From a virus (taxonomy: Duplodnaviria > Caudoviricetes): a stretch of DNA of 53,108 nt. Position numbers and translations under genes: made by a program. Positions 45,063 to 53,099 of the stretch are shown one piece after another (position 1 is the first letter of the stretch; every line of letters starts with the position of its first letter). Location: IMG/VR virus record IMGVR_UViG_3300037076_000071, positions 1 through 53,108 of that record. The stretch is one strand, 5' to 3'. A model generated the notes under the pieces. That model did not search any database, was not told where the DNA came from, and saw only the letters and a list, made by a program, of their open reading frames with translations.

Positions 45063-45301
45063 GCCCATTCAAGATGATGGGTCTTTTGGTATTCTTTTTC
45101 GACTATGTGTTTGATGCTGGCAAGTGTGGAAGTTGGTTGCCGAATGAGCAGCCGCTCCGGGCCGACAAAACCGTGGAACACAGGAATGTCACCAAATTCA
45201 ATTTGCTCGATCAATCCACATTGGGATTCCCATTTGGGATTCTCGCCTGGGTCTTCGCATCGTGTCCATTGGACATAAACATCTGGATCGCCAATTTTCA
45301 T
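45044..45301 (-). CDS. hypothetical protein
   Basis: TTGACA promoter immediately upstream. Confidence 0.65.
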   Translation of the reverse strand: MKIGDPDVYVQWTRCEDPGENPKWESQCGLIEQIEFGDIPVFHGFVGPERLLIRQPTSTLASIKHIVEKEYQKTHHLEWAYDDND

Positions 45302-45354
45302 GCCCTCATCATCCCATAGATCTAGGAATTGTCAAGAGTGCCTGTTCTTTGCGC

Positions 45355-45636
45355 TTAGGAAGCCTTTGGAGCCGTTTTGGAGGGTTGTTCGGTACCAGTG
45401 TACCCAGGACGCTTTGCGGCCTTTAGAGGCTTCTCTGGCATCGGTGCCGGGAAGTTGATTCCCCAATACGCATCTGGCTGGTTTTCTACCGGCGAGTAGG
45501 TGTATCGGGCAGGGGCACGTCTTCGCATCGTGGCGATTGCTGCTTTGGCTGCGTCTTCGGTTTCATACGCATGGACAATTCGCACGTTGTTGTTCGCATC
45601 AATTACACGAACTTGATAAACAATCACTTCACTCAT
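45355..45636 (-). CDS. hypothetical protein
   Basis: TAAATA 5 nt before ATG (MSEVIVYQ). Confidence 0.7.
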   Translation of the reverse strand: MSEVIVYQVRVIDANNNVRIVHAYETEDAAKAAIATMRRRAPARYTYSPVENQPDAYWGINFPAPMPEKPLKAAKRPGYTGTEQPSKTAPKAS

Positions 45637-45651
45637 GCTGTTATTTACACA

Positions 45652-45687
45652 CAAAAAAGACGGACACCATACAGGCTGTCCGTCTCT
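45652..45687 (-). terminator. intrinsic terminator after gp32
   Basis: GAGACGGACA...TGTCCGTCTT followed by a T run. Confidence 0.75.
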
Positions 45688-45711
45688 TTTTCTTCGGCTG
45701 TTATTGATTAC

Positions 45712-46695
45712 TTAGCTTTGGTCCGCTGCGTTAGCTGCCAATCTTGCGAGTAAATCATCTTGGTCATCGTCAGCAGGAACGGTTGCTGTGTTACGGGGAG
45801 CCGCAGTGCGAGTTGACTTCGGTGCTGCTGCACGTTGGTTCTTCGGCTTTGCGACTGGCATGTCATCATCAGTGTCAAACGGCGGCTTGCTGCTGTCGTC
45901 GTCGCCTGTTGCTGTTGGAGCGGTTTCTTCACCGCCCGTTGCACCACCAGTTACCTGATCGAAGCGCTTTTTGAGATCTTCAAAAGACTTGAAATGCTTC
46001 GGGTCCAGGATTTCCGTGAGAGAGAACAACTGGCTTTCAACTTCCGCAATGCGATCTTCGTCACCAATTGCTGTCGGTGCGTCGAAGCTGGACTTGTCAT
46101 AGTTCGGGAAGTTATCGACCTTGACAATACGCAACTTGAAGTTTGCGCCTTCTGCCATGTCATACGGGTCAACCGATGCCATATCAGCAAATTCCGGTGG
46201 AGGATCAATCAGGTCTTTGATTTTTTCAAAGATCTTCTTGCCGTACTTATAGAGGAAAACCTTGCCATTGTTTTCCGGGTGCTTCGGGTCATTGACAACT
46301 AAGACGTTGGAAATGTAGTTCAGCTTGCGCTTGCGGCTAGAAGCCAACTTTTTCTTTCCTTCGTTGCCAGTGTTCCAAAGTTCCGTGTTAGCTTTGCAAG
46401 CGGGGCAGTCATTTTCAATTGTCGTCGGGCAATTGTCGATGAACCACTTTCCGTTCGGGCCTTGAAAACCATGACTCCAGAGTTGAACAAATGGGAAACC
46501 TTCCTCTGCCTTTGCAGGGAGGAAGCGAATAACTGCGGAACCAGTGCCAGCCTTATCTACTTCTGGCTTCCAGTAGCGTTCGTCATCTTGTCGTTGAGAG
46601 CCTTTAGGAGAAGACATCTCCTGGCATTTTGAACGGAGTGCGGTCAAGTACTGTGTACGAGACGCATTATTACGTGTGATTGTAGTGTTCGACAT
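45712..46695 (-). CDS. gp32: single-stranded DNA-binding protein (T4 gp32)
   Basis: DERYWKP..DK.G.GSAVIRFLP, HGFQ, C...CP.C, KRKL.YISN, GKVFLYKYGKKIFEKI, GANFKL, NYDKS.F, acidic tail. Confidence 0.97.
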   Translation of the reverse strand: MSNTTITRNNASRTQYLTALRSKCQEMSSPKGSQRQDDERYWKPEVDKAGTGSAVIRFLPAKAEEGFPFVQLWSHGFQGPNGKWFIDNCPTTIENDCPACKANTELWNTGNEGKKKLASSRKRKLNYISNVLVVNDPKHPENNGKVFLYKYGKKIFEKIKDLIDPPPEFADMASVDPYDMAEGANFKLRIVKVDNFPNYDKSSFDAPTAIGDEDRIAEVESQLFSLTEILDPKHFKSFEDLKKRFDQVTGGATGGEETAPTATGDDDSSKPPFDTDDDMPVAKPKNQRAAAPKSTRTAAPRNTATVPADDDQDDLLARLAANAADQS

Positions 46696-46806
46696 ATACG
46701 TTGTATTTTTCCTGTGTTGACTTTACGGTTTATCCACCTTTCTGTGCGACTCACTGCGTCACACCTTCATAATCTCAATCAACTGTATTTAGACTACCAT
46801 GACTTT

Positions 46807-47013
46807 CTATTCTGTCAAGTTTTGGGTCTCGGCGTGTGCCATCCAAGCGATAGGATGAGAGTTCACAGTACCGTTGTTTTCCTTGATGTCGGCCCAATTC
46901 TTGTCAGGACGGAGTTTGATGAAAATGCCGGTAGTGCCATAGTACGTTCCGGCGACCAACATCACTGGATCGCCCTTGTGAAACTTTCCTGTCACTACTG
47001 TTTTCTTCTTCAT
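46807..47013 (-). CDS. KOW-motif small protein
   Basis: FHKGDPVMLVAGTYYGTTG; TAAATA 5 nt before ATG. Confidence 0.7.
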   Translation of the reverse strand: MKKKTVVTGKFHKGDPVMLVAGTYYGTTGIFIKLRPDKNWADIKENNGTVNSHPIAWMAHAETQNLTE

Positions 47014-47017
47014 GTCG

Positions 47018-47230
47018 CTATTTAGAGCCAAGAGTATTGAAAAGATCGTCCAATGCCTTTTTCTTGGCGGTCATGCGAGTGTGTTTCGGCGTCGTGTGGC
47101 CGCAGTTTTCGCAACGCCATACTGACTTCCCAGACTCGTCGGTATCGACTGTATGTGTAGTCTTTACACCACAGTTCGGCCCGTTACAAAGCCGCTTGGA
47201 TTCGGTGACGTAATTTAGAAAACTTTTCAC
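47018..47230 (-). CDS. zinc-ribbon protein with capsid-targeting-like N-terminus
   Basis: MKSFLNYVTE; CNGPNC...WRCENCG. Confidence 0.65.
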   Translation of the reverse strand: MKSFLNYVTESKRLCNGPNCGVKTTHTVDTDESGKSVWRCENCGHTTPKHTRMTAKKKALDDLFNTLGSK

Positions 47231-47482
47231 TTACTTCAGCATCTCCAATTCTTCTAGTTCAGCCAATTCTTCCGCACTCACAAAGTCGGACGGCGGCACT
47301 TCGATCCCGACTTCCTGCAATTTGAATCGAAGGTCTGCATTTTCCTGGTAGAGTTTGCAGAGACATTCTTTGAGGTCAACCATTTCTTCATAGAGTAGGT
47401 CGTTTTCCTCAGATGCACGGCAGTAGTTTCTCAAAACTACATCCATGAAGTAGTCAAGTTGAGTCTCATTTTTTGTTGCCAT
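47231..47482 (-). CDS. coiled-coil hypothetical protein
   Basis: ORF between gp59 and gp32. Confidence 0.65.
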   Translation of the reverse strand: MATKNETQLDYFMDVVLRNYCRASEENDLLYEEMVDLKECLCKLYQENADLRFKLQEVGIEVPPSDFVSAEELAELEELEMLK

Positions 47483-47483
47483 C

Positions 47484-48113
47484 TTAATGCGTCACCCCCA
47501 TCTCATTGAGCGCAAGTTGGATAGCTTTACTCATGCTACCAACGTTGATATTTAGCCGTTCGATGAAGGGTCGATACTTGATGGATTTGTTTCTTACGAG
47601 CATCCAACTTCGGTCATCTCCAAGTTTTTTATCTATCTTGGGAATGAAGTCGAGACATATGTCTAAGACGACGAAAGTTTCAAGGGACATGTCGCCACGC
47701 ATATGTGCTTTGAGTATTTCCGGGTGCTCATGTTCGCTGCATTTGTAAAAGAGATCTGTGAAGCTGGTATTGTCCTCCAACAAGAGCTTGAGTTCGTTGA
47801 TTAAATTGTACTGAAGACTCTCAACCCGGCCACGCCAGCGGATGTATATTTCAGGAGCCTCGCCGCCAAGGACACCAATCCAAGCACGTTTCTTTTGCTC
47901 TAGGAGATTGGCGACGATGAAATTTTCAAGCTCTTCTTTGTCTGGATATTTTCTTGCCAGCCGGTCGTACCTATTACGTTCGTCGGATCGCTTGGCGTCG
48001 TAGGTCTCTGGTTTGACATTGACTGCGCCGTTGTAAGTGAAGTAGTTGTAACCGTTGCTGAAAAAATGGTTATTCAGAGCCATGAACAACTTGTATGCCT
48101 CAAACCCGGTCAT
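47484..48113 (-). CDS. gp59: helicase loader (T4 gp59-like)
   Basis: MTGFEAYKLFMAL.NHF...Y.YF.Y.G, L.RKY, F.VAN, HP.ILK....G..SLET, KY.PF. Confidence 0.9.
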   Translation of the reverse strand: MTGFEAYKLFMALNNHFFSNGYNYFTYNGAVNVKPETYDAKRSDERNRYDRLARKYPDKEELENFIVANLLEQKKRAWIGVLGGEAPEIYIRWRGRVESLQYNLINELKLLLEDNTSFTDLFYKCSEHEHPEILKAHMRGDMSLETFVVLDICLDFIPKIDKKLGDDRSWMLVRNKSIKYRPFIERLNINVGSMSKAIQLALNEMGVTH

Positions 48114-48291
48114 AAGTCATTGTCTCCGCATAGCATACACATGTGCAGAAGAATCCGCCTTCATAAGCAGAATCGCCATTCGGGTAAGTATGAGGACAAC
48201 TTTTTGTGTCGAATCGTGTTGGCTCATTCTCACAAAGTTTCAGTACGTCATCTCGGAAGCGCTCATACGACGGCTGTATTGACGATGGCAT
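48100..48291 (-). CDS. small hypothetical protein
   Basis: Overlaps both neighbours in operon. Confidence 0.5.
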   Translation of the reverse strand: MPSSIQPSYERFRDDVLKLCENEPTRFDTKSCPHTYPNGDSAYEGGFFCTCVCYAETMTYDRV

Positions 48292-49426
48292 TTTTCATTC
48301 TCCGCTTCGCTTTTACCAAGTCTTTTTCACAGTCTTTGAGCAGAGCGTCACAGGCTTCTTTGCGGGTCTTCCAACAGTCTACGCCCATTTGATAAGCTGT
48401 CCTGGGTGCGGCTGATTCTTCTTTGTCGAGAGTTACCATTCCGTAAAGAGGATCGTAGTAATAACCTTCAAATTTGACCACACAATCGTAGTCGACGCAT
48501 TTTACCGCAAGATATCCTTTGCACACTTTTCCTTCCGCAAATCTATGACTTTTTATGGAGTGCTCTCGACAGAAAGCACATAGATTTTTTACTTTTATCG
48601 TTTCTCCATTTTGATTTGTAATTTGCCACCAAAAACTAAGACCCTTTGATGGAGTTGGCTGTCTCATTTTCCTTTTTGCTTCCTCAGTGTGCCGATAAGG
48701 ATGATTGCGTTTTGTTTCTCTTATTTTCTTCTTTGTTTCTTCGGATCGCTGAATACCAAACAGCGGGTTATTCTGTCCACAACCGTGTTTGATTTTCCTT
48801 GAAGATTCACTTAACTTGAGTCTGGTTTCTTGACTACAAACTCGATTGGCCATCTTAGCTCGTGTTTCTGGAGATGCCTTAGTACCTCGTCTCGCATTGG
48901 CAATTTTCTGGCAGGACTCGGTGGAAAGATGTTTACCAAAAAATGGATTGTCTTTTCCGTATCGTTTCGGTTGGCGTTTTGCAGCCTCACTTATCCTGCG
49001 CCTACTTTCGTCAGTGTATCCTCCATGACCTTTTAATGCGATACTCAATTTGGCTTTCTGTTCGTCGGTGAGTGGACCACGTTTTTTGCGAACATCGGGT
49101 ACCCGGCTCGAAGCGCCCATCACTTTTCGGTGCATGTTGTATCCATTCTGACCGATGTTGCTGTGATATTGTTCGATCAATGCCGGTTCAACATATTCCA
49201 ACATTGCTAACTTGTCTTTACCGCAACAGATGACTTCAAATTCAAAATTCTCCCATCCATGCTTTCTGATCGCTTGATGAAAGACATAACCACGCCCGGT
49301 TTCGGCGTCTCGTTTGTGATTACGCCATCTTGTTTTTGGATCAGCAGCGAACCCAATATAAACCTTGCCGTTGTCTTTGTTCGTCGCTTTGTAACAATAG
49401 TAAATCTTGCATGATTCTTGCTTCAT
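48263..49426 (-). CDS. GIY-YIG homing endonuclease with NUMOD3 repeats and unrelated C-terminal domain
   Basis: CYKATNKDNGKVYIG, RW..H, AIRKHG, NGYN; several SEET..K. repeats; extra ~75-aa tail. Confidence 0.9.
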   Translation of the reverse strand: MKQESCKIYYCYKATNKDNGKVYIGFAADPKTRWRNHKRDAETGRGYVFHQAIRKHGWENFEFEVICCGKDKLAMLEYVEPALIEQYHSNIGQNGYNMHRKVMGASSRVPDVRKKRGPLTDEQKAKLSIALKGHGGYTDESRRRISEAAKRQPKRYGKDNPFFGKHLSTESCQKIANARRGTKASPETRAKMANRVCSQETRLKLSESSRKIKHGCGQNNPLFGIQRSEETKKKIRETKRNHPYRHTEEAKRKMRQPTPSKGLSFWWQITNQNGETIKVKNLCAFCREHSIKSHRFAEGKVCKGYLAVKCVDYDCVVKFEGYYYDPLYGMVTLDKEESAAPRTAYQMGVDCWKTRKEACDALLKDCEKDLVKAKRRMKNAIVNTAVV

Positions 49427-49502
49427 GCAAACTATTTATGCAAGCGTCGGTTTTGAATAGTATATACAAATAAGTCCTTTTTTTTGTTGGAGTTACTAGG
49501 AA

Positions 49503-49802
49503 TCAGAATGGAAGCCGTGCCTTCTTGGGGAGCATGTGTTTGTTCTCCCATTCCAATGCCATTTTTTGTTTGATTTCAGGACTGACGTAAGAGGCTGCTA
49601 GGTCGGGTTCAATGTGTCGGCGTTCGGCTATCACCAGGACGGCTTCCACATATCCAAGTCTTGATGTCTTGCGCCCACCAGCGTTCTCTTCACGCTCATC
49701 TGCTTTCTTGTTGCTTTCTGCAATGAGGGCTTCAACGTCGGCACAAAACCGAGTGCAGTTCTCAATGTGAAGTTGATCTTGCGGTAGTTGTCTGACTGCC
49801 AT
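49503..49802 (-). CDS. gp33: late promoter transcription co-activator (T4 gp33-like)
   Basis: F..DVE, Y.EAVL......IEP......S..IKQK...E.....L.K.ARLP; position upstream of gp59. Confidence 0.8.
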   Translation of the reverse strand: MAVRQLPQDQLHIENCTRFCADVEALIAESNKKADEREENAGGRKTSRLGYVEAVLVIAERRHIEPDLAASYVSPEIKQKMALEWENKHMLPKKARLPF

Positions 49803-49871
49803 GTATGATCGCTCCACCTGTATTTAGGAGCGCAATACCATTTAACCACGGATGTCAGATCTGTCAAGAGG

Positions 49872-50108
49872 TCAGATGTTGTTGCAATTTTCTGGTAGGA
49901 TGGCCCGAAGGTTGATTGAAGTGCCGGTTTCGGAGAGGAATGTCACCAGCCGGTTGCCGTAATCGTCTACGTGGACGTACTTGTGGGCGGCGAGACCAGG
50001 GTGAAAATAAATTTCGCCTTTGTACAGAACACGCCCATCTTTCACTTTTCGTTTGGGATACCGGGACAAGAAAAACCCGGCCTGTTTATCTTTTTCTTCG
50101 CTGGTCAC
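49872..50108 (-). CDS. hypothetical protein
   Basis: GTGA-coupled ORF. Confidence 0.6.
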   Translation of the reverse strand: MTSEEKDKQAGFFLSRYPKRKVKDGRVLYKGEIYFHPGLAAHKYVHVDDYGNRLVTFLSETGTSINLRAILPENCNNI

Positions 50109-50311
50109 AAAACCTCAACGGTGATGCGAACTTTCTTACCCCGGAGAGATTCCAGAGTTTCGTGCTTGCGAGTGGTTTCGTTCCAGCTTTGAAGCCGCAC
50201 AAAAAACGATCCATCAGTGCTGGATTCGGTTTCCGAGTCCACGTCAGCGATGAGTGCGGCCCCGCCGTCTTCCTTGCTCATGCTCCATACTTGGCCGGTG
50301 ATGACGATCAT
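50105..50311 (-). CDS. hypothetical protein
   Basis: ATGA-coupled ORF. Confidence 0.65.
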   Translation of the reverse strand: MIVITGQVWSMSKEDGGAALIADVDSETESSTDGSFFVRLQSWNETTRKHETLESLRGKKVRITVEVL

Positions 50312-50502
50312 TCAAGCTCCCGTAATGCCGATTGAATTTTGCTGTTGGATGCCGATGCACCGCACGTGCAATTTCCTTCGCCATCGTCGGCAGGGCACGT
50401 CATCTTGTGCCCGGTCAGGCCGCTTTCCAGCTTGACCTTCGCACGGATAATCTTCTCGAACAATTCTTTTTCCAGCGGTGTCAGTGTCATTAGCTTCCCC
50501 AA
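50308..50502 (-). CDS. hypothetical protein
   Basis: H...C......CTCG; start may be 50490. Confidence 0.6.
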   Translation of the reverse strand: MGKLMTLTPLEKELFEKIIRAKVKLESGLTGHKMTCPADDGEGNCTCGASASNSKIQSALRELE

Positions 50503-50515
50503 ACTACGTTGTCGA

Positions 50516-50716
50516 TCATGCGACTAGACGCTCCAATCTGTTGAGAATCCAGGTGTCGGGATCGCCCGTGCGTGCCTTCTGGACGCCGTAGGGCATTTCC
50601 GTCTGGTAAAAATCGTACAAGGCGTCACGGGTCAGGACCGGCATGTCGTAAAAGTCGATCTCGCCTTCCAACCACTTTGCAACGCCTTCGAGCTTCAATA
50701 AATCTTGTTCTTTCAT
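50516..50716 (-). CDS. hypothetical protein
   Basis: TTGACT-18-TATTAT promoter 6 nt before ATG; EMPYGVQKARTGDP..WI. Confidence 0.75.
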   Translation of the reverse strand: MKEQDLLKLEGVAKWLEGEIDFYDMPVLTRDALYDFYQTEMPYGVQKARTGDPDTWILNRLERLVA

Positions 50717-50755
50717 GGTTCTATAATAGCACATTCGGCCCCGAAAAGTCAAGGG

Positions 50756-51037
50756 CTAAATGTACGGCAAACAGCCGATGTCCAGGTTGTGCTTTGTGGC
50801 GAGTGCCTTGACTTCCTTCGCCCATCCTACCGCAGCTTCGTTACGGGCGTCGTAGCGGCTGTCGGCGTACAATAGCTGTGCTACGAGTAGGGCGTTCCAG
50901 AACGATTGCTGGAGGGTCCGGTGATCGCTGCGAACGGTATCCACGATGGTCAGCGCAACGTCTTTTCGGCCCTGAGAACTGATGTTGTTCAGTTCGTTTA
51001 GAATGACCTGTACGGCGTCTTTCACTTTTTGGTTCAT
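50756..51037 (-). CDS. hypothetical protein
   Basis: AGGAGA SD; HRTLQQSF...D.RNEA. Confidence 0.75.
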   Translation of the reverse strand: MNQKVKDAVQVILNELNNISSQGRKDVALTIVDTVRSDHRTLQQSFWNALLVAQLLYADSRYDARNEAAVGWAKEVKALATKHNLDIGCLPYI

Positions 51038-51046
51038 GATGGTCTC

Positions 51047-51295
51047 CTAGCTGTAGCTGTTGCCGGGATGCAGCCGGATCTGTTCGCTCATCGGTTTTCC
51101 CGGAGGAATAACATAAGCATACCATACGCAGTAGCCGATGGAGTGATAAAATTCGTCGGCCTTGCGAATGCGCTCTTTGGCGTCTTCCAACGAAACGCAC
51201 GACTCCACGCTGGAATCACGACTCGTCAGTGTGCGGCGATGGCAACCGCTGTGAAGTTCCCACTTGTCACTTGTGTTGACGTATTCGTTGCTCAT
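51047..51295 (-). CDS. hypothetical protein
   Basis: MSNEYVNT start with AGGA SD and ATGA overlap. Confidence 0.65.
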   Translation of the reverse strand: MSNEYVNTSDKWELHSGCHRRTLTSRDSSVESCVSLEDAKERIRKADEFYHSIGYCVWYAYVIPPGKPMSEQIRLHPGNSYS

Positions 51296-51604
51296 TTTCC
51301 TATTAGTCTCCGTAGGCGAGTAAGTTCTGCAACATCGGCTGTATAGATCGCTTCGCCGCCGTTGCCATATCGTTCTGGCGTGTGGATGGAACCGTACCGG
51401 GCGACGTAGCCTTCCAGATTGCGCCCATGATTCATGATCCACTCTTCCTGCGCCTGGATCAAATCGTAGATGGTGGTCTTCCGGCGTGTGCTCTTCAGCG
51501 ATTTCGATCTTGATGGCCGGTTCGCCAACACGAGAAAACAGAGTTTCGACTTGAGCCGGTGAAAGTTCGGTATCGACTTTGACGGTGATAGTCATGTTTG
51601 CCAT
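51292..51604 (-). pseudogene. hypothetical gene, apparently frameshifted near 51481
   Basis: MANMTITVKV...EEHTP continues as KTTIYDLIQAQEEWI...LIGK* in the +1 frame. Confidence 0.5.
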
Positions 51605-51974
51605 TTACTTCTTCTCCACAGTAGCCGTTGTCGGCCATGAAATTGGTATAAGAACTGGTGCCGTGAATAACCACGGGTGTGTGATCTGACACTTATGATC
51701 CGGCGCATCGTGCGTGCTGAATTGAGCACCGCACTTACATTTCCAGCCGGTTGGCAACTCTTCGTAGAGTGTGCGGAGATAGCGCTCTGTGCATCGCTCG
51801 TAATAAGCCGCCGCCATGCCGCTCTTGTATAGCCTGTCGCTGGTTTCCGACTTGATGGCAAACCGATTGGTAAAATGGCTGTTGTCGGGGAGCTTTCCAG
51901 GTCGGGCGTTGCTTCCTTCGCTGCCCTGTCCTTCAACTCGAATTACCAATTGCTGACTGTCGCTGCGGTGTCAT
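51605..51974 (-). pseudogene. hypothetical gene, apparently frameshifted near 51950
   Basis: Promoter plus AAGGAGA SD lead to ATG 51974, whose frame stops after 13 codons; the +1 frame LVIRVEG...EKK* is long. Confidence 0.5.
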
Positions 51975-52058
51975 TCGTTTCTCCTTAACAACCCAAGAAT
52001 ACCATACCCAGGCTCCGAATGTCAATAGATGTATCAATTTTTTCTGCTAAATAACAAA

Positions 52059-52277
52059 ATGACGCACAAACACCATCACGAGCACGAATGCTATGGCGGC
52101 ATTATTGATTTTATTGAGGATTTTGTTGAATGTTTGATTATGGCAGAAGAAGTGCTGGCGCATTATTTCTGCCCGTACTGCCGTAAGGAATCCGTTCATC
52201 GGCTGTTCCGAGAGAACCCGGATGGCGCATACGATGAAGTCGGCCTTCAGTGCCACAACTGCAAAAAGATCTTCTAA
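52059..52277 (+). CDS. His-rich zinc-ribbon protein
   Basis: TAAATA 5 nt before ATG; CPYC...CHNC. Confidence 0.65.
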   Translation: MTHKHHHEHECYGGIIDFIEDFVECLIMAEEVLAHYFCPYCRKESVHRLFRENPDGAYDEVGLQCHNCKKIF

Positions 52278-52382
52278 CCGTTTATGGACGTTCCTGCCAG
52301 CCAACACGGGTTTCCTACCGTCAGCGCCCGAAGTGTGTCTGCGATGCGTTGTAGGGCTTCCTAGCGCCGGGAAAGGGTATTC

Positions 52383-52456
52383 TGGAGCCGAATGTGGGGA
52401 TCGAACCCACATTTCCACCTTACCAAAGTGGCGTCCTACCATTGAACGAAATCGGC
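52383..52456 (-). tRNA. tRNA-Thr(GGT)
   Basis: GCCGA.T/..TCGGC-T-CCA; CCACT-TT-GGT-AA-GGTGG; GGTTCGATCC. Confidence 0.9.
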
Positions 52457-52457
52457 C

Positions 52458-52532
52458 TGGAGCCGGATCGGAGAATCGAACTCCGGTCTGTGGTTTACGA
52501 GGCCACCGCTCTACCAACTGAGCTAATCCGGC
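52458..52532 (-). tRNA. tRNA-Thr(CGT)
   Basis: GCCGGAT/ATCCGGC-T-CCA; TAGCTCAGTTGGTAGAGC; CT-CGT-AA loop; AGTTCGATTC. Confidence 0.9.
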
Positions 52533-52744
52533 AAATTGATAGCTGCAATTTTCTTTGCTTTTGGTCCTAAACGTGCCAGGAGCAATTCTCTGTCTGGTGA
52601 CTTCGGATACTTCAACAGAAAATGCAAAATTGCGGCTTCTTTAATTGAAAGGGTAGTCAAGGGTTTTGGACGGCTTACGCCGTCTTGGTAGTGCTCGTGC
52701 GGGATGTGAGGAAGGTCAACATTAGTACTTTAAGCATGTGTCTG

Positions 52745-53064
52745 GCTTTAATCGGTTCTAGGATTTTCACGCTCTCACCTAGACTTTTACGCCACCGGGC
52801 CGTTATTTAACAGAGTGTACCTACTCCGTCCGTCGCTGTTTAGGCAGCGAGAGGAAGTGCAAACGTTTCCGTAGCAGTTATTGTTCTTCCTGGGTTTCGG
52901 GTAGAAGACCCGGTAAGCCCCACTTCGCCAACTTTTCATCCTGTCGAGACCATTGCGCCCCCGAAACTTTATCAGTGCCTAAAAGACTGAAGAATTTGGT
53001 GGAGGCGAGGGGAGTCGAACCCCTGTCCAAAATGCGTTAAGCTCGTTTCGACATCATGCTTACA
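52745..53064 (-). ncRNA. ssrA: circularly permuted (two-piece) tmRNA
   Basis: Acceptor piece ~53064-52997 ends GGTTCGACTCCCCTCGCCTCCACCA; 34-nt spacer; coding piece starts GGGGGCGCAATGGTCTCGACAGG at 52962; G3-U70 pair; tag ATETFALPLAA* at 52875-52840; 3-prime end of coding piece approximate. Confidence 0.9.
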
Positions 53065-53068
53065 GTTC

Positions 53069-53099
53069 TATTTATAGCACGATACCGCCGATCTGTCAA
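53069..53099 (-). promoter_or_regulatory. dual sigma70 / T4-late promoter of the tmRNA-tRNA operon
   Basis: TTGACA-17-TATAAATA. Confidence 0.75.
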
